64,000 bases of DNA. It comes from Promethearchaeota archaeon. GTDB taxonomy: Archaea; Asgardarchaeota; Lokiarchaeia; Sigyniarchaeales; SOKP01. The number at the start of each line of letters is the position of its first letter. Position 1 is the stretch's first letter. Positions 59,223 through 64,000 of the stretch are shown here, piece by piece. The stretch lies in the NCBI GenBank assembly GCA_008080735.1, contig SHMW01000007.1, forward strand, positions 21,315 to 85,314. Direction: 5' to 3'. The position numbers were made by a program, and so were the translations under genes. The notes beneath the pieces are model-generated. The model was not told the DNA's origin. It did no database searches and saw nothing but the letters and a program-made list of their open reading frames with translations.

Positions 59223-59642
59223 ATGATAACTAGAATTTATATATTAGAATCAGATAATCGACCTATCATTCAGTATAAAAAGAATGGTGAAAAAAATACA
59301 GATGATAATTTGTTGTTAAGATTGGCAAAATCACTTCAACAATTCGCGAACGGAATGGAAGAAGATCTCAACGATTTTGTTATTGGGGATAAAAAATATT
59401 TTTTCGCAAAAAACGCAATGAGCGGGACCCAATATATTATAGAGACAGAAGCCGAAGTGAAACGGAAGCAAGTATATCCGATCCTTAGAAAGATTCAAAA
59501 TCTCTATATGAACGAATTTATTGGGAGTATGACGATGTCCCAGAAAGAGATCGAAAAGGCTAAAGGACGTATAAAGGAACAGATCGCGTCTAGTTTGGTC
59601 GATAGTAACATGAGAGTAGAAGACTTCCTTAAAACCATTTAA
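59223..59642 (+). CDS. Longin-like domain protein (tandem paralogue 2)
   Basis: Same length (139 aa); shares LLRL.KSL.QFANGM, FFAKN, YIIET, NEFIG.MTMS. Confidence 0.7.
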   Translation: MITRIYILESDNRPIIQYKKNGEKNTDDNLLLRLAKSLQQFANGMEEDLNDFVIGDKKYFFAKNAMSGTQYIIETEAEVKRKQVYPILRKIQNLYMNEFIGSMTMSQKEIEKAKGRIKEQIASSLVDSNMRVEDFLKTI

Positions 59643-59675
59643 TAAAAATGGAAGAACTACCATAAAAAATAAATA

Positions 59676-59975
59676 TCAGACTAACTGCCTTTTCAAATCT
59701 TCTTTTAATTCTACAAATCTTTCAAGCGTAAGGATATTATTTGTTTTTAATATCTTCTCAAGTGTTCGGAGAAACATTTCATATTGAGAAATATTCCTAT
59801 TAAGAGTAGTTATCTCATCAGAAAGATTTGTAACTGTGGTCAGTTTTTTTTGCATTTGATGTTCTAGCTCTGCGATTTTAGTTCGCAATTCGATTAAATT
59901 CCTTCCTTTCACGCGTTGAGAACGCTGTGGTTTCTGCTCTGCCTTGACCCAATCTATTGAAATGATGACCACCAA
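59676..59975 (-). CDS. Hypothetical coiled-coil protein
   Basis: ISIDWVKAEQKP followed by heptad repeats. Confidence 0.6.
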   Translation of the reverse strand: MVVIISIDWVKAEQKPQRSQRVKGRNLIELRTKIAELEHQMQKKLTTVTNLSDEITTLNRNISQYEMFLRTLEKILKTNNILTLERFVELKEDLKRQLV

Positions 59976-60196
59976 TATAAGTTTTGTTTTTTTAATTGAA
60001 TAGAAGAAAATTTGAAGAATTTTAAAATATGCCCTTATATTTTATTCAAAGCTAATGGATGAAGAGATAACTTCGTCGAAAAAATCATTAAAAATCACTT
60101 TTTTTAGCTATTTTATTTAAAGAATGGTGATATATTGAGATATACAAAAGAACGTGAAACTCAGCTTTCACGAAGATCATCCATACAGATTAGAAT

Positions 60197-60680
60197 TTAC
60201 GGGAATTTACGGGTAGATAGATATTCACTTATATGGAGAATTAGAAATGAAACCACGGGCAATATATCGAATAGAAAATTACACATCATCGCAATTCCAA
60301 CAAAAGAGATAAGTGGAGTATAGCTTGGACCGAGTAAGATGATATATTGAACAGGTTTTGGAATGCTCAATATCCATTTTTGATCCAGATTGATTATTAA
60401 TACCCAAGAGATAAAATAAAGAACCAGTCCTATGAGATAAAAGCAAATCCCAATGATCTAAGAAGGATTATCTTGTGGATGAATTATCATAAAAATCGGT
60501 AAAAAAAACACAATCTTTCGCAGGATATTTTCTGGAATTAGGAGCCATCCGCTTGCACCATCCCCAAAATAAAGATGCAATTGGCAATTTCGAAGTTAAT
60601 GTAATATTCCACAATATAAAGGGAAAAATCAATATAAAGCCATTTCTCCAACTAAAAGAAAAACTAAGATACAGCATCAT
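60197..60680 (-). pseudogene. Disrupted membrane-protein gene
   Basis: Coherent hydrophobic protein (..PFILWNITLTSKLP / WLLIPENILRKIVFFLPIFM / YFISWVL..GPSYTPLISFVGI..) only when two frameshifts and an in-frame TAG at 60458-60460 are bridged. Confidence 0.6.
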
Positions 60681-60729
60681 TTATAACTTCTAACAGATGA
60701 TAATGAATATTAAATGAAAGAAGAAAAAA

Positions 60730-61032
60730 TTAATTAATTTTTAGTTGAGCCCGCACAGCATCAGTTAAATTATTGCTTCCCAAGAGTTCCGACCAGAATT
60801 GATTAATTGCCTCATCAGCGTCTAAATAACATTCAATCGCTAATCTTTCCTCACTTGTTCCAGTACCGACGCCGTTTTTATGATTAAAATATTTATATAT
60901 ATTATCAATAAATTCAAAATATTTTTCGGAGATAAGGACTTTATTAATTTCATCAGTATCCAACGTATCCAAATCCCTTTTCTTTCTGAAATATTTTACG
61001 TATTTTCTTATCTCCTCATCTAACTCGTTCAT
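60730..61032 (-). CDS. Hypothetical protein
   Basis: 100-aa ORF with AAGG-type leader. Confidence 0.6.
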   Translation of the reverse strand: MNELDEEIRKYVKYFRKKRDLDTLDTDEINKVLISEKYFEFIDNIYKYFNHKNGVGTGTSEERLAIECYLDADEAINQFWSELLGSNNLTDAVRAQLKIN

Positions 61033-61288
61033 TTTTGTTTACCTTATTTCCCTGTCCTGTTATTTATATAATTAGTCATATATGAGAATGACTAACATCG
61101 AGAAAATAACAATAATAAAATAGACTAAAACTATTTAAATTATTCCATTTCCCATAATTTGTGTGCAAAATGGTGCATTATTTTGCTTAGTTTTTAAATT
61201 ATGTTAAGGAGCGTTGATATGATTAACTGATCATTTAATTAAATAAAGAATTTTTTTAAAAAAGGAATGAAAAAATAATAATTTGGAT

Positions 61289-61840
61289 TTATTCGTGTAA
61301 TCTCGCACCGCAATATTGACAATATGCAGCGTCCTCTTTTGTGATGGGAGTACCACAGTTTGGGCAATAATTTGTCTTGGGTTCTTCACTTGGGGTTTGT
61401 TTAGTACTTGATTGGTTAGGAATCGATTGTGGCATTCCTTTTTGTTGGACTTCGGTGTATTTCATTTGTCCGGTTGATGAAGAAAATCGTCCTCTTAATT
61501 CTCCTGAAGCTTTCAAATCTAAAATGATTGCTCTGACATCTTTGACTGAAATTCCTGTATTTTTACTTATCTCATCTACGGATGCATTAGGATTTTGTAA
61601 GAATTCTTGCTTCACGACTTTCCGAAGCTTACTTCGATTAAAAAGATTGGCAAATTGTCCGCCAATTATCGAGAGACCAATGACAAGCAATATAATTCCC
61701 CACCAATTCCAAATCCACCACGATGGATCGAAGATCCTATTTGTATAGAAATGATTTAACCCCCACCATAAAAATAACGCACCGATTATAAGGGAGCATA
61801 CACTAAAACCTTCCGAATATTGATTCCGTTCGTATTTCAT
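61289..61840 (-). CDS. Membrane-anchored winged-helix plus zinc-ribbon protein
   Basis: Two TM helices, SVDEISKNTGISVKDVRAIILDL HTH, YCPNCG..YCQYCG. Confidence 0.8.
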   Translation of the reverse strand: MKYERNQYSEGFSVCSLIIGALFLWWGLNHFYTNRIFDPSWWIWNWWGIILLVIGLSIIGGQFANLFNRSKLRKVVKQEFLQNPNASVDEISKNTGISVKDVRAIILDLKASGELRGRFSSSTGQMKYTEVQQKGMPQSIPNQSSTKQTPSEEPKTNYCPNCGTPITKEDAAYCQYCGARLHE

Positions 61841-61928
61841 ATTATCATCTCAATTAATGATTATTTCTAACAAAGTAAAATAATTATAAAATAATAAATT
61901 TGAATAGTCCGATTTTTGAAGTCCAGAT

Positions 61929-62285
61929 TTAAGAGGACACGATAGAATTGTTTATAATTTGGAACACAATTCCCAAATCTACTTGATCTTCAAGGAGCAA
62001 AATTACAATTTTTTCTAACACTTTCATACTCAATATGTAAAAATTATCGCTATGGATTAGTGTGAAATCGGGTTGATGGATTCCGATTGCCTCTGTGATT
62101 TCTTCTGCAGATTCATAAGCTTGGGCAATATTCAAACTTATTGCGGACTTATTAAATTCATCCTCATTGATATAGGATTTAATAACTACTCCATTTTTGG
62201 AAGAAATGATGATAAAATATATTTTTTCTCCTAAGTTATCCATTAGATTCTCCAAAATGGAGTCAAGATCTAATCTCACACTCAT
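61929..62285 (-). CDS. Roadblock/LC7-like protein
   Basis: IIISSKNGVVIKS..VDLGIVF roadblock pattern, 118 aa. Confidence 0.75.
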   Translation of the reverse strand: MSVRLDLDSILENLMDNLGEKIYFIIISSKNGVVIKSYINEDEFNKSAISLNIAQAYESAEEITEAIGIHQPDFTLIHSDNFYILSMKVLEKIVILLLEDQVDLGIVFQIINNSIVSS

Positions 62286-62428
62286 TATTAATGATAATAG
62301 TTCTTTTTATTAAAAAAATTTAGTAATTTTTGTATAAATAATCACTTGGAATAACGAATATTTAGAATTTCCAAAGCTAAAAAAAGAATGAAAAAGAAAA
62401 ATTAAAGTTTAAAATATACTAATTTTGA

Positions 62429-63394
62429 TTAAGGAGGATAGCGTAATTCATAGATACTTTTTCCGCCATTCAGCGGTCCTTTCAGATATTTTTTGACCTC
62501 TTTTGGATCTCTTTGAGTTATTCCTTCGATTGGAGGGAGTTCTCCCGGAGGAAATGTTTCTATAATATCATTTACTAATGTTTCCAAATAATCTAAAAGC
62601 GCTTCAATCCCCGGCTTTCCTTTTTCTAATGTTGCCTTACTGGGACATCCAACATTACCTTCTGGATAGGCAGAAACTTCAATAGGGCCAAATCCTACCT
62701 GCCCATACCATTTTATTGGTTTTTGATAAATATTTCCTGCCTTATCGACATGTCCTTCGGGCATCCAGCCTTGAGGCTCATTATCACACGCATCCTTAAT
62801 ATTAATCATTTCTGGAAAAAGAGCCATTGAGAAGGACGTTTCAGCCTCATCTGCATGGATAAACGGTGTTTCAAAGGGTCCTCCATGCTCTTCGTCCATA
62901 CAATGCTGAGGAATTGCGTGGTACCAATTTACATTACAGAGGACAGCTGGTAATTGATAATTTTTAGCCCATTCGTGAATAGCAGAGGGGATCACATATT
63001 CTTGTCCGTGTCCATTTAATAAGATCTGTTTGCGGAATCCCATATTCCATAATCCCGCAATTACCGCACGAATCATCCCTTTAAAGATTTCCTCGGGGAC
63101 AATAATCGAGCCGGGCATTCCCACATGATGATAAGGATGACTTCCATACCAGATGGGTTGGGCTACAGTACATCCCGTTTTTTCGGCAATCAATTCTGCC
63201 ATTCGCGTGACTAAAAATGTATCTTCTCCGATACAAGCTGCTGGGCCGTGGTTTTCTGTGGAGCCAATGGGAACGATGATAACATCATTCTGTTCTAAAC
63301 GCTCATTGATTTCTTTGATTGACATATTTTGTAAATAAATACCGTCTGGCAGATCCATATGTCCTCCCTTGGGAGGAATATTCCATTTTGTCAT
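62429..63394 (-). CDS. iolN: Creatininase-family hydrolase, IolN-like (3-dehydro-scyllo-inosose hydrolase)
   Basis: PIGSTENHG, GEDTFLVTRMAE, NGHGQE, PFIHADEAETS, PEGHVDKAGN; closely resembles Thermotoga-type IolN as I recall it. Confidence 0.8.
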   Translation of the reverse strand: MTKWNIPPKGGHMDLPDGIYLQNMSIKEINERLEQNDVIIVPIGSTENHGPAACIGEDTFLVTRMAELIAEKTGCTVAQPIWYGSHPYHHVGMPGSIIVPEEIFKGMIRAVIAGLWNMGFRKQILLNGHGQEYVIPSAIHEWAKNYQLPAVLCNVNWYHAIPQHCMDEEHGGPFETPFIHADEAETSFSMALFPEMINIKDACDNEPQGWMPEGHVDKAGNIYQKPIKWYGQVGFGPIEVSAYPEGNVGCPSKATLEKGKPGIEALLDYLETLVNDIIETFPPGELPPIEGITQRDPKEVKKYLKGPLNGGKSIYELRYPP

Positions 63395-63621
63395 TTTTAT
63401 TTTTTTTTTTACTAGAGAATTATGTAATAATGAATGGTATCTGCTAAATTCTTTATGATTTGTTCTTTTTCAGATTTAGTTCATCACCTGTAATAAGTTC
63501 GGGTAGCTTTCAAGAACACAAAATCGAAGGAGATTTCATTAGAAATTCTTAAATCTAGATATTATATCAAAAATTTTGGACTGAAATTTAAATTTAAATA
63601 TTAAGAAACCAAAACTTACAT

Positions 63622-64000
63622 ATGTCTCAAAAAAAAATCAAAATAAACAATTCGATACAAACGAGCTTTGGAACACGAGTTGCTTATGCGAATGGGACGC
63701 TTGCTGATAATTTATCACTGCAAAGTTTCTTATTTCTTGGATTTACCTTTTATTACACTGTTATTGACCTAAATATTTATTGGTATGCGTTAGCGTTCAT
63801 TATTTATTCAATTTGGGATGCTATTGATGATCCGTTGATTGGTGTATTATCTGATAGAACAAAAACTAAATGGGGACGAAGAAAACCTTGGATTTACGTG
63901 AGTGCTATACCTTTATGTATTCTAATGATATTAATCTGGACACCACCGACCGGAAATGATATTCTAACATTTATTTACTTGACAATCATATTAATAGTAT
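63622..64000 (+). CDS. GPH/MelB-type MFS sugar transporter (5' part; runs off window end)
   Basis: Manual translation: ..IWDAIDDPLIGVLSDRTKTKWGRRKPWI.. Confidence 0.92.
   Translation, partial: MSQKKIKINNSIQTSFGTRVAYANGTLADNLSLQSFLFLGFTFYYTVIDLNIYWYALAFIIYSIWDAIDDPLIGVLSDRTKTKWGRRKPWIYVSAIPLCILMILIWTPPTGNDILTFIYLTIILIV

Noticed and set aside
61072-61095. Inverted repeat TTAGTCAT-N8-ATGACTAA upstream of 60730-61032
   Set aside because: Single occurrence with no linked regulator; could be chance.
1220-63338. Many short ORFs antisense to or overlapping longer genes (for example 5486-5962, 19213-19776, 43346-46015, 47727-48074)
   Set aside because: They lie opposite or inside well-supported genes and carry no motifs; treated as shadow ORFs.
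1-64000. CRISPR array, rRNA, or genome-wide UGA reassignment
   Set aside because: No regularly spaced repeats or rRNA seen. Several genes end normally in TGA (for example arsC at 2909 and SMC at 17893), so UGA read-through must be site-specific.

Overview
AT-rich, gene-dense archaeal chromosomal window, most likely from an Asgard archaeon of the Lokiarchaeia type. This is an inference from the intron-containing archaeal tRNAs, Arf-like GTPase, longin/roadblock/DENN-like proteins, LRR protein, several SCP2 proteins and in-frame UGA redox proteins. No rRNA, CRISPR array or intact mobile element was seen. Main points: (1) An arsenic-resistance-type operon (acr3, two arsC, divergent arsR) contains an HgcA-like corrinoid membrane protein fused to an N-terminal SAM methyltransferase and an HgcB-like ferredoxin. 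It also has a beta-grasp protein whose frame appears to read through two consecutive UGA codons (GC-U-U), followed by a SECIS-like hairpin. (2) An operon encodes a degenerate AAA+ protein, an Smc5/6-like SMC, a kleisin-like and a KITE-like subunit. (3) A translationally coupled uDENN-like + two 7TM gene set lies divergent from an Arf-like GTPase-longin fusion. (4) An SCP2-fused glycyl radical enzyme sits in a lipid-handling neighbourhood. (5) A UxxC selenoprotein peroxiredoxin is missed by the ORF track. (6) Two tRNAs each carry two non-canonical BHB introns. All family calls are by eye from motifs; no searches were run.
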